DNA of 64,000 bases from Phoronis australis (lineage: Eukaryota; Animalia; Phoronida), in assembly GCA_002633005.1 (NCBI GenBank), contig NMRA01000116.1, forward strand, positions 156,474 through 220,473, given 5' to 3'. This document shows positions 26,801 to 36,400 of this stretch, in pieces. The translations under genes were made by a program, and so were the position numbers. The notes below the pieces were generated by a model, which was not told where the DNA came from, ran no database searches, and saw only the letters and a list, made by a program, of their open reading frames with translations. Within the stretch, counting starts at the first letter, position 1. Every line of letters starts with the position of its first letter.

Positions 26801-29800
26801 TTGCACCATGACAACAGCCGTTTTGAAAGGGAATATTTAAGAGTCTGCATTAAAGTCGGTACTTCAGACCGTAGACGGCTAGAAATTAGAAGACCAATTA
26901 CTAATTTTTCCAATCAGTCATCGACTAGTTTTCAACCGGTGAGAAAAATGCCCAACAGGACTTCGTAACAGCATATTATTAGAAAACATGGTCACAATCC
27001 CAGGCCTCCGCAAAATTTATTTTTGCATTTCCTAATTGTATGTTTCAAACATTTTTTTTTGAAATCCTCCAACATTCCATTCGAACTTAGCAGCTTTCGT
27101 TATTGATAGCCAATTATCAGATAGGATTCCAACAACATTGAAAAAATTGTCCAGAGATTTATTCTAATGATTATGCTTACGCAAGCAAAAACTGACACAA
27201 CACATTTGATACATAATCTATGATTGATAGACAAGCATTCTCAAAGACTATTGATGAAAAGCAACTCCAACTTCTGGTTTTAAACAAGACAAAGAACACG
27301 ACGATTTGTTTAAAACAATTCGCAATTTATTTTTCTAGAGGTCAACAAAAATTAAACGAGAGCGCTCGGAGGAGCGACACTTGGCGGAATTAATCGAAAG
27401 ACGACAATGGGGAGGACGACGACAATCATGACGATCAAGGCGACAATAATGAATAACACGGTAACATTCATGTGACTAGCGAAGAAATCAAATAGAGAGC
27501 ATATAATGAACTACAATAAAGAACAATAGATAGCGCAATATGACGGACGAGCCATGCTTTGTTCCCGCAATCCAAAATAGGTGGCACTATGTGACAGTCT
27601 GCAGAGCAAAGTTATGTTTACAATAGTATTTCGCCTGGAATTCCAGTCTACAGTACGACAGTGCTACCTGGGTCAGTCGGGGTCAAAACTCTCTGTTAAC
27701 TTGTGCAGACATAAACAAAACAAAGTGAACTGAAAGCCAGCCAGCTGAGTGCATACGTGACCGAAGGACCAACGGTATCCGAAAATCTCGAATAATTCAA
27801 AAAGTAGACGTCGTAGCGCAAAATGGAAATTATCATCTGAAAGCCCGTTCAAAACTCTATCTAAAATGGTAGTTTGGCAAACACGATAACGTTCATGTGA
27901 CTAGCGACGAAATCAAATAGAGAGCATACAATCAACTACAATAAAGAACGATAGATGGCGCCACATGACGGTCCAGTCTACAGTAGAACAGTGCTGGCTG
28001 GGTCAGTCTGGGTCAACTAGGCATAATCAAAACAAAGTGAACTGAAAGCCAGCCAGCTGGCTGTGACCGAAGGACAACGGTATCCGAAAATCTCAAATAA
28101 TTCAAAAAGTAGACGTCGTAGCGCAAAATGAAAATTATCATCTGAAAGCCCGTTCAAAACTCTATCTAAAGTGGTAGTTTGTCAAACACGATAACATTCA
28201 TGTGACTAGCAAAAAATCAAATAGAGAGCACACAATCAACTACAATAAAGAACAATAGATGGCGCAACGTGACGGACGAGCCATGCTTTAAAGTAGGACA
28301 GTGCTGGCTGGGTCAGTCTGGGTCAACTAGGCATAACCAAAACAAAGTGAACTGAAAGCCAGCCACCTGCGCGTTGCATAGGGACAACGGTATCCGAAAA
28401 TCTCGAATAATTCAAAAAGTAGACGTCGTAGCGCAAAATGGAAAGTATCCTCTGAAAGCCCGTTCAAATCTCTATCTAATGTGATAGTTTGGCAAAAATC
28501 CAAAAATTTTTCGAGAAAATTGAAAATTTGCCGTTTTTTTTTGAAATTCAAAGTCAAATAACTCGAAAACGGTAAGTCTGAGAAATACGCTCTCGCAGAC
28601 TTTTTGAAAGGCCATACTTCAAGGAATCCACATGCAAAAATTCACGTCATTTGCTCTTCCCATAAAAAATGCGACAGCAGAGCGATTGAAACCGTGTGAA
28701 CATGCCCCACAGCCGCCATCTTGAAGGTGACTTCCGGTTCAATAATTTTTTATAAAAGCTTATTAAACTCAACGAACACGTGACCAGTTTGAAAGTGATT
28801 GGTTTGCAATTGCGCCCTCTACAGGAGAAAACGTTTTTAGCCCTATTTCGGGGTGCGCATGCGCCACGTCCAATATTTCCGCCATCTTTAACCGGAAGTC
28901 AACGATTTTCTGCACAATTGTAGCACATGCGTTCTAGTATATTCGTACCGATTTTCAGCCATGTAGGTCGAAAAATGCGGCCTCTACGAGTACTTGACTG
29001 TGAAATCGGATACAAAATGGCCGCCACGTCCGCCATTTTGTATCCGATCATGACCAAAAACAATAGGCTTCTAGGACCTTCCGATCTACACGTTGTGTGC
29101 AAATTTCGTGAAAATCGGACGAAAATTGCGACCTGTAGAGTGCGAACAAACAAAAAAAAAAAAAAAACTTGCTGTCAGATCCATATACTTGGCGGAAGAA
29201 TTCCGCCAAGTAAAAAGACGTTTTGTGACTGACAATATCATGAACATGACTTGTATGCAGGTACATCCAGAGTATTTCAAAGGTCTTAGGGCCAACCCCA
29301 AATTTCAAAGGTTAAAGGTGGCATAACTTTTTTCAAGTTCCATAGTGGGAGACCGGGTCCTTCATAAATCTGACTGAACTATGAAGAAATAACAAAATAA
29401 AGCTGACTACTTACAAAATCAACAAGATCAAGATGAAGAGAATTAAGCTTTGAATATACATGAAGATGCTCTCCTTGGGGTGGTACCTCTGCATGGGCCG
29501 ACCTCCACAGTTGCCACAGTTACGACAGCAGCAGCAGCAGCAGCCAATGACAGGTGTGCACAGCATGATGACCACCCCAAACGCAAGGGCAGCCAGAAAT
29601 GCCACCAGAGAGTTCAACAGCTGACTTACTGGCTATAAATAAGAAGCAGATGAACACGTCGAGAATCCCGCATTCCAAAAGTATGTCAAACCATCTTCAC
29701 TTTGGAACACAATATTGTTAAAGGATAGTTTTTGTTGACTTTATAGTTTGCACACTAGGACGAATGTTCACCTGTCATCCAACACCATGAAGCTATATGT

Positions 29801-32800
29801 CAGAACATTTTAAGCAATGGGAATGATATACCGAAAAATAGACAAATATGAACCTTAAGCAACTATTTGAAATTGCATAAAATGAATTGTCAAGCAACTA
29901 AAAAGTGGAAACGGTTAAAATTGATTAGCATTAAAAATTTACACAACAGCAACATATTCTCAAAATACAAAAAATCACACGTAAATTGGGCTGTGAAGAC
30001 AGCAAACATAAGAGTTACTTACAGGTGCAACCGCTTCAACAGATTTACTGCTCCCAAACTGGGGCAAAACTAATTTCCGCACGAAATCTGTGAAAAGAAA
30101 ATGTTTAAACTTTTTAAATACTCAACACTGACTTGGTTTAGACCAGGTTCAAAGTGGAAGCTGCATTTGATGGCACTTTGAATCAGAAAACCTGTTTTCT
30201 TAAAATTGTGGCTTGAAGTTGAATTATTTTTCCATTTGGTGCGCTAAAAAACTTATTAACGATTTGTACTTTTTACTCTAATAAAACAGTTTCATGTTCC
30301 TTGGTGTCATAGGACTTGATTTCTGTTATCAACACGAACATGAAAAAACATCAGTAACTTATAACGCTTGATTTTGGAGTCAATTTTACCCCCATTCCCT
30401 TCTGAAGAACACTTAAAAATCTAACAAAATCTCCCTAAACAGAACCACAAATAACATTTCAATGACTAAAAATTCCCCAGAATGTTAGAATAGCTTGAAC
30501 TGAATGCAAAAGATATTTTGAGAGAGGGTATTGGCAGTTTGCCAAAGCCATAAAGGAGCCATTGTTTTAAGACACTGACTAATAAAACAATGAATATTAT
30601 CTATTCTTAACTTTCTGAGTAGAAGCCAAAATGTTAAAAATTGAAGTACTCAAATTCCAGAAAACTGTTGCTAATATGTCGATGTAAGAAAAAACTGTCA
30701 AAACATAAAACTGTCATCTTACAGTGAATTAAGTATCGTGAATTTAATTAGAGGTTAGTATTATGATCAGTAACTGCTATAAATTTCACGTTTTGCCAGG
30801 GGTGCCTAATTTGTAAGGGGACAAACTATAATTTGGTGAACCTAGACTTTTTACATTTTTTGTTATCATACATTGACCTGGTGCCTGAATGTATGAAAGG
30901 GAAAAATACCAGATGACAAATTTACATATCAGTGAAATGTTTCAAATGCCTGAAAATTCACACCGCAGCCCACGAATTTCACTTGGTCAAGTTCAAAATT
31001 GTACGTATGTAAATCAGCTTTCTGTAAGTCTATTGTAACTGAGAGCAAGTTGCTGTCATATGCTTATTCAGTAACAACACACAGAAACCCAGAGTACTAT
31101 TTTTAAATGCTATTGGTTACATGATGTTAGGTATTTCTGATCAAATCCATCAGACGGGAGTTGCCTATTGGCAAGCAACTTGTAAAGGCTTTATTTCAAC
31201 TCTAAGCCGACACCACTCACACTAGGAATTAGAAATCCTAAGTAACTTAATTGGTACAAAATGGCAAGTATAAACATATAGCTTTGGAATTGATGATGCA
31301 AATAAAAAATGCCGAAACAAAAACTACACAAAATTAAGAAAATCTCCTTAATCTAAAACAAATAGGTTACAGGTGCTAAGAATTGATCCCAATTGATATT
31401 TTGTAGCAAATACTTAGCTCTGTTTAAGCCAGCCCAAAAGCGTACTGGTCGGATAAACGGTCCCTGATTTTGAGAACTAGTTTCAGCCACTGAATAACAG
31501 GTCTGTTATTCAGTGATTGCCTAGTTCTCGAAATCGTGACCGCTATATCCGACCAGTGCCGTCCAAGGTTGGTTTACAGACTAGATATTTTGCTGATTAA
31601 ATTTGTGGTAAACCTGACCGGCGATGAATTGCCAAGGTAAGTTAAGGGCTAGTTGTTCACTGACAATAATCACTTGGGGTCACTCTTACAAATAATTTAT
31701 CATGGAACACTCACACAGACGCAATCATCTCTAAGGTAACTAGAACTCTTGCTTTTATTAACGCAACATCAAATATGCTCCCCGTAAAATAAATGCCCTA
31801 CACTTCACTAGTGAGGCCCAAACTTGAATACTCATCCTCTGTCTGGGATCCCTCCACTCGCTCTAACATCGACAAGATAGAAAGAATTCAACGTAGAGCA
31901 GCCAGGTTCGTCCTAAATGACACACTCCAAATACTCCTCTGTTTCATCTATGCTTACCACTCTAAATTGTGTGCAAAACAAACTGTCCCTCATGTACAAG
32001 ACACATACCTTCTACCCCTACATATTTCTAGATCACGTATTCCCACTCTCACACCTTCGAGAGAACTTACATTTCCACTGCATACTTTGTAAACTCTTTC
32101 TTCCCATCTAATATTTTAATTACTCTGGAATAGAGTCCCACAAGATGCATCTCATCAGAAGCAATAGAGACATTCACGTAAGGTCAAATCTTGAACATCA
32201 ACCTTACGTCTCAGTAAATAATAAAACTTGTTTTATCCTGGCACTAACCCGCCAACAGCTACCGGAGAAATCGCGTAGATTTGAAACACACCTCGGAACA
32301 TATGCTCCTTCGCTACATAGACCACTCCGAAATGTAGGCACTACAACAAAAACATTGTTGAAGCCAAATGCGACAAAGGATGTGAAACCTAACCCACAAC
32401 TACAGGCGAAACCAAATGATAAAGCATCCACTCAGCCAATGCAGCCAACAGCTACTACAACGCCATCTGGAAGACAAGTGAAACGCCCTGCTTACTTGGA
32501 CAGCTATACGACATGAACTGTTGCATACTTTTGCTCATAAATTGAGTTATGTTTTGAAACATTATTCAGTAACTGGATATTGAGGGTCAATGCGAAGTTG
32601 TTTTGCAGTAATAGTTTTATGGTACTATTTAGTCGACATTAGTTCAAGGACGTTAAAGGACTTTCACAGCACTTAGTTTTCTTTAAAGTTAGTTTTCTTT
32701 AAAGGAGAAAGGGTGTTTCATGCTGCTCAAGAGATGGCGCTGTCATTAAAGATAACTTGGCCTACAATCACGCTCTCGTCTTTTGGCGATTAAACCCGGT

Positions 32801-33158
32801 GTGAAACAGTAACGATCGGTATATTTCGATCGTTTGTTGAAATATGGAAGAAGCAGAAGAATTACTCCATACCTATAATTTTGGCAACTATATCATCAAA
32901 CACTGTTCTACAAAAGCTTTCTGCCAAATTATACATTCCACCCATGCCACCTGGTGAAAATACCGGTACCACTGTTTTGAATTCCAGGGAAACAACGGTG
33001 GTATTGAACTTAAGTTCGCTCATATTGTTCGCAAAATGTCCAAACTTCGTTATAGTCGCTGGTTTGATTTCTCGAACGAAATTCACTGTAATGCTGTATA
33101 GATGGACAAGAAGTATGGAGAAAACAACAGCGGCGACTGCAATACATTTCTCCCTCAT
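1838..33158 (-). CDS. PROM1: Prominin (CD133)-like membrane glycoprotein, multi-exon, 3' part lies beyond the left edge of the window
   Basis: Exons on the minus strand, phases chaining correctly: 33158-32873 (signal peptide MREKCIAVAAVVFSILL..PGGMGGMYNLAESF), 30087-30023, 29632-29415 (TM + GCCCCCCRNCGNCGG, the prominin Cys-rich motif), 26000-25880, 23326-23260, 21780-21685, 18038-17827, 12258-12184 (LPDLTMNLDF..YLDQ), 10409-10346, 7441-7365, 5314-5241, 4139-3984 (TM + PTERTTVSHYGGRSLM), 1961-~1838 (TM + GVICP; donor uncertain). The symbol denotes the family; exact orthology was not tested. Confidence 0.9.
2258..2721. mobile_element. hAT-type MITE with perfect 8-bp TSD
   Basis: TIR CAGGCCTTTAT..ATAAAGGCCTG. 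TSD ACGTGAGA at 2250-2257 and 2722-2729. Confidence 0.88.
5983..6208. repeat. Minisatellite, 37-bp unit x6
   Basis: GGAGGCTACTGACTGTGTGATTGYATGATGGTCAGAG at 5983, 6020, 6057, 6094, 6131 and 6172. Confidence 0.92.
8148..8566. mobile_element. Tc2-like MITE
   Basis: Inverted ends ATTTTCCGTAGATAAGCCCA / TGGGCTTACCTACGGAAAT, with internal repeats of AAACGCC..GGCGTTTATTTGG. Confidence 0.6.
8590..9260. repeat. Degenerate tandem array of the same family
   Basis: AAATTTCA cores at about 8653, 8798, 9104 and 9250. CACTAG(G/A) motifs at about 8599, 8720, 8861 and 9024. Confidence 0.55.
9792..10270. mobile_element. Second copy of the 2258-2721 hAT MITE, inverted
   Basis: Same TIRs, and the body is the reverse complement of 2258-2721. 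No perfect 8-bp TSD (TGACTG/AGACTG). Confidence 0.85.
12460..13790. repeat. Degenerate tandem array (CCAAATTTCATGAAAATCC / CCACTAGRKGG motifs), Helitron/HINE-satellite-like
   Basis: The motif pair recurs every 110-150 bp or so. Related arrays occur at about 560-1170, 7860-8140, 8590-9260, 10500-10660, 18580-19830 and 56980-57250. Confidence 0.6.
15224..15850 (+). CDS. THAP-domain protein (N-terminus of a Kolobok-type transposase), 208-aa open frame
   Basis: C2CH THAP signature MPHCCSVPEC..LHCFP..W..RVCGKHF..LKKDPIPSV, followed by a Ser/Pro-rich linker. A frameshift near 15835-15850 ends the ORF. The transposase remnant continues in another frame (LFRRCQVCG..WECVAGHSGK*..MPKVHL) to about 16012. 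No DDE core is present. Confidence 0.8.
   Translation: MPHCCSVPECNNYRLMRALGVLLHCFPMDDTLRRTWLVRVKNAALPVHATYKAVENYRVCGKHFLPSGYERDFYAELMKVPAKQRLKKDPIPSVLIPGIAPSPPPRSAFLKREASRAVASTGTGASGGTSSTVTRASERTPERAIPGTSSDSPRAVFSSPEPLSSPAVILSSGSDYRPSSTPSEEDSLSFREQISEPNFDKFIVDLSI
15908..16303 (-). pseudogene. Truncated KolX / P2X7-C-terminal (ballast)-like Cys-rich protein
   Basis: From ATG 16303: acidic N-terminus, GYMFEPKY, then DTSWCKCTLCVVMPTSVECLCCSE (W-C-x-C-x2-C-x2-M-x4-E-C-x-C-C-x-E pattern). Homology stops at about 16012, where the frame runs into antisense transposase sequence. Confidence 0.75.
19290..21400. repeat. Pair of inverted dispersed repeat copies (about 19290-19452 and 21230-21400)
   Basis: GTTACCAGAGAT..GGAGACCGAGGTAGGC..AAGATGGGCAATAAAAA and its reverse complement about 1.8 kb away. 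Confidence 0.65.
20794..20842. repeat. (TAA)n microsatellite
   Basis: About 16 perfect TAA units. Confidence 0.95.
23702..24090. mobile_element. Truncated copy of the 36124-36991 MITE family, opposite orientation
   Basis: Starts CTGTAAACGTTCGGGTTAACGCCC. The part at 23910-24088 is the reverse complement of about 36165-36345. Confidence 0.75.
27355..29212 (-). mobile_element. Helentron-associated (HINE/DINE-1-like) non-autonomous element with internal tandem array
   Basis: Palindromic subterminal repeat TACTTGGCGGAA-GAA-TTCCGCCAAGTA at 29186-29212. Matching subTIR ACTTGGCGGAA at 27379-27389 next to the hairpin CGCTC-GGAG-GAGCG (27363-27376). Flanks are A-rich. Internal units of 305-310 bp. 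Confidence 0.75.
27460..28495. repeat. Tandem repeat, about 305-310-bp unit, about 3.4 copies
   Basis: AACGGTATCCGAAAATCTC..AAAAGTAGACGTCGTAGCGCAAAATG recurs at about 27771, 28076 and 28386. Confidence 0.9.
31405..31593. repeat. Imperfect palindrome / foldback MITE
   Basis: Nested arms ACTGGTCGGATA/TATCCGACCAGT, GAGAACTAG/CTAGTTCTC and CACTGAATAACAG/CTGTTATTCAGTG around a centre at 31501-31502. Confidence 0.75.
31670..32140 (+). mobile_element. 5'-truncated non-LTR retrotransposon (CR1/L2 group) RT C-terminal fragment
   Basis: Translates as LGVTLTNNLSWNTHTDAIISKVTRTLAF..YTSLVRPKLEYSSSVWDP..IDKIERIQRRAARFVLND, with frameshifts and stops. Confidence 0.85.
32200..32808 (+). mobile_element. 3' end of a Gypsy-like LTR retrotransposon (integrase tail, PPT, 95-bp LTR)
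   Basis: The ORF ends ..TTPSGRQVKRPAYL*, a typical Gypsy pol terminus motif. The polypurine tract AAAGGAGAAAGGG (32701-32713) is followed directly by TGTTTCA..TGAAACA (32714-32808), which contains ATTAAA. Confidence 0.7.
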
Positions 33159-33441
33159 GGTGAAACCAGACGCTTCAAAACAAGCGTTTCAAGATTCAGC
33201 AGTAGTAAAATACTTAATCCTTCAATAGTAAAATTTATGTTACAGTTCAATATTGGATTCTTTAATTTAAACAATAAACAATTTATATTTTATTTTTGAA
33301 ACAAAAATGAATATTTTTGAAAATTAGCGCAAAATATTTGTTTATCTTTTGACTTCTTGGCGAGCCACATTTCAGGTGTGGAAACCCTGGCGACTTCTGC
33401 GCCTCTAGTGGCTGTTAATAAATAAAACAGGGCACACGGAA
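33159..33441. promoter_or_regulatory. Putative bidirectional promoter / 5'UTRs between prominin-like and SH3PXD2-like genes
   Basis: Only 283 bp separate the two divergent ATGs. Contains a CTCF-like motif GCGCCTCTAGTGGC at 33399-33412. Confidence 0.6.
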
Positions 33442-36400
33442 ATGACCCGGACTGTTGTGGACGTTCAAGTAAAAGATGTGGAAAAAAGAAGATACCCAAG
33501 CAAGCATTATGTAAGTAGTGAAACAGGACCCTTTCGTTCTCTTTGAAAAGCGCCAAATTCTGAACTGGACTTTGAAACCAAGTAAAAGTTCCGTCACGTG
33601 AAAATTTAGACATTAATTCAACTCCCTATTTTAGTATNAGCAGTGCCTTTGATGGTTTAGTCGGTGCGAGGCATACTTCGCCGAAAAGCTTCCGGCGTAC
33701 AGAGCGCCTATAGCCTCTGCATCGCCTCTGGTTCGGGCCAACAGAGGCGAAGGTCATTGCCTAAGGCGTCCTCAGCTTCTGATCGTCTCCAATACACTAC
33801 ATATAATACTGTTGTAGATGTGCTTCCAGTGAATTATATGAGCCTCTGTTAGCTACTCGCTAACGGGCAATTGCCTATTAGCTGAATGGTTAGCACGCTT
33901 CCCGGTTTTATGGGGGTCGCGGGTTGGATCCCCGGGTCGGGTAATCTCGGCTATTACTGCAATACTACAAGGTATGACACTCCAGACTAGAAATTCCATG
34001 GGTGCTTCATTTCAGCCGCTAAAGCAAATACAAAGCTCAATCAATTTACACCACACAGGTTCAACAAACCATGGCGAATTGTTCTTTCTCCCTGCAGTCA
34101 GATACCATTGTCCTGCTCCATCGAGTTCGCAAGAAATTCGCGGTCAAAGCAAAAAAATCTTCCCAAAAAGCCCGTGCGGAGCAACTCCCGTGTCCCACAT
34201 GACTTTTCAGGAAGCTGGAGTGTTTAAATCCTTTCAAATCCATCAAATATTCCTGTAATTAGCCTTTTTAGGCTTTTATTGAACAGTCATTCTTTCACTT
34301 ACCCATAGGGGCATAGGGAACTGAGATATTTTTGTTTTGATTGTGTCGGTGCCCATATCTGTAAATCTCATGGAGGTTGACTTCCATGACCTTGATAATA
34401 AGCCAGTCACTAAAGTGGCTAGTGCTTGAAACTGGGCCGTCATTGTCACACCTTTCGTACCTGGACAAAATGACATTGTTGACGAGAGTAGACATTGGAA
34501 AGAAATCTTAACAACGAAAGTACTTGTTAGAGCTCAGGTAACTTTGTTGTGACAATCGTTGTTGCCCATATGACTCTATGAAGGGAAAGTTGTGACGTGC
34601 AGGAGGGGGGATGGAGGAGAACTATTTTAATTTGTCTGTGCTCATAATAATTTTTATACCTATGCTTATGGTCAGGCTTACAGGGTGACCCAAAAAATGT
34701 AAAAAAACCCACAATTTCGTACAAAATTCTAAATTCTGCTTCTCTTTTGAAAGAAGAAAATATGCCATGAAAATTGAGTCATGTGGTTAAAACTTTGCAA
34801 AAGAGTAAGACTACCAAGTTTGAAAAATATAAGTTTGTTTTTGGATCACTCTGTACTATTAGTCTGCGCTATCTGATTAAACTCACAAATAGTGATTTTA
34901 CTGCAGGTGTACGTGATATATGTTAGCTGGTCTGATGGCACGGTCTCTGTCATCTATAGACGATACAGCAAATTCTTCAGCTTTCAGGTCAGTACAAATG
35001 ATCACCTTCCTCGTGCTATATTTCTGTGGAGAATTCATTAAAAATAGGACCACATAAATGTACGCCCATTCAAAACAGTGCGCACCCATAAGTACACCCA
35101 TGGGTTTATTTTCAGTAACTGCTTGGGTGTTTTGAAAATCTGATTGATTATTCTAAATGCACGATGTCAATTTTTGTTAATTTTGAGATGACGTTATAAT
35201 TTGAGATGTGTTTTCACTTACAAAGAGTCAGACCTATCATTTGAGTGAGAACTTTTTTGGTAACTAACCTCGTTATTGTATTAATCAACATTTCAGTTAA
35301 TTATCTCACATCATTCTCAAGGCAAACTTTCATAACACGTGACTATAGCATTGTGAACATTTGTCTTAAGAATGGTTTAGAGATAATAAAGGGAATCGTC
35401 GATTAATACAAATGTCTTTGTTTACGTGCTGATTTTAATGTTCGTACTCATATCTTGGCCAGAAGCAAAATGTAACCCTATTAGCATACCATGATGGAAG
35501 TTTTAAAACACTGTTTGCTGAATGTGAAAAGACTATAGACAAATAAAATTCTTGATAGTGAGGTACTAGTATCTATAGGACCAATATCAAATGTATCATA
35601 TGTATATTACTCCCATCTATTACTCATTAAAAACAAGCTTGAACCAACGGATTAAACATAAATACTTTGTAAATTATATCCTTTATTTTTTCCACAACAA
35701 TGTATCGTGTTCATTACGCCACATATATTTGTTATGTTGTGTTTGATTTTACTTTATTTCTATTTCTATTGACAACGGATGTGATTGTACACAAAAATTT
35801 CAGTTGATCCATTACTGTTGTTTTATTTTTGTATACTATAAAATTGTCACAACTTTTAGAATATATATGGAAATAAAACAACAATAATGGATCAACTGAA
35901 GTTGGGATTTGTTACTAAACACAGTTTCACAAAGGGTTTATGTAACTGGCTGAGAAAATAATTTTTACTACCCTTATTTGAATTCGGAATAGCTGATCCT
36001 GGAATGATGATATCCTTTATTCAGGAATATATCGAGAGGTTTTCCTTTTTCCATGAGCCAGTAGTACAGAACGTCGTAGAGCAGTGGACATTTTCCAGCT
36101 TTATGATAGTGAGAAAGGTGTTACCGTAAACGTTCGGGTTAACGCCCATGCTCAGTTAACCGCCCACCCCCTACTTTAGGTGGATTTTCGATTTAACCGC
36201 CCACTGCTCGGTTAAGTGCCACCCTGCGATTTTTGAAGATTTCCAGTTAAGCGCCCACCTCTCGGTTAAGCGCCCATCCCCGACTTTTAAAGAATGAAGA
36301 TTTAGTGCCCAGTACTAAGGAAACGCGCGATTCTCCGACTTTTAGAAAAAGATCGATGATCACAATGAGCGCAACGACGTCGGGCCTCCGAGACGGTGGT

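Noticed and set aside
28899-29326. Cluster of short ORFs on both strands
   Set aside because: They lie within the non-coding HINE-like repeat and show no recognisable protein motifs.
33873-33942. Functional tRNA gene
   Set aside because: A and B boxes are present, but acceptor and anticodon stems pair poorly and there is no nearby oligo-T terminator. Treated as tRNA-derived repeat.
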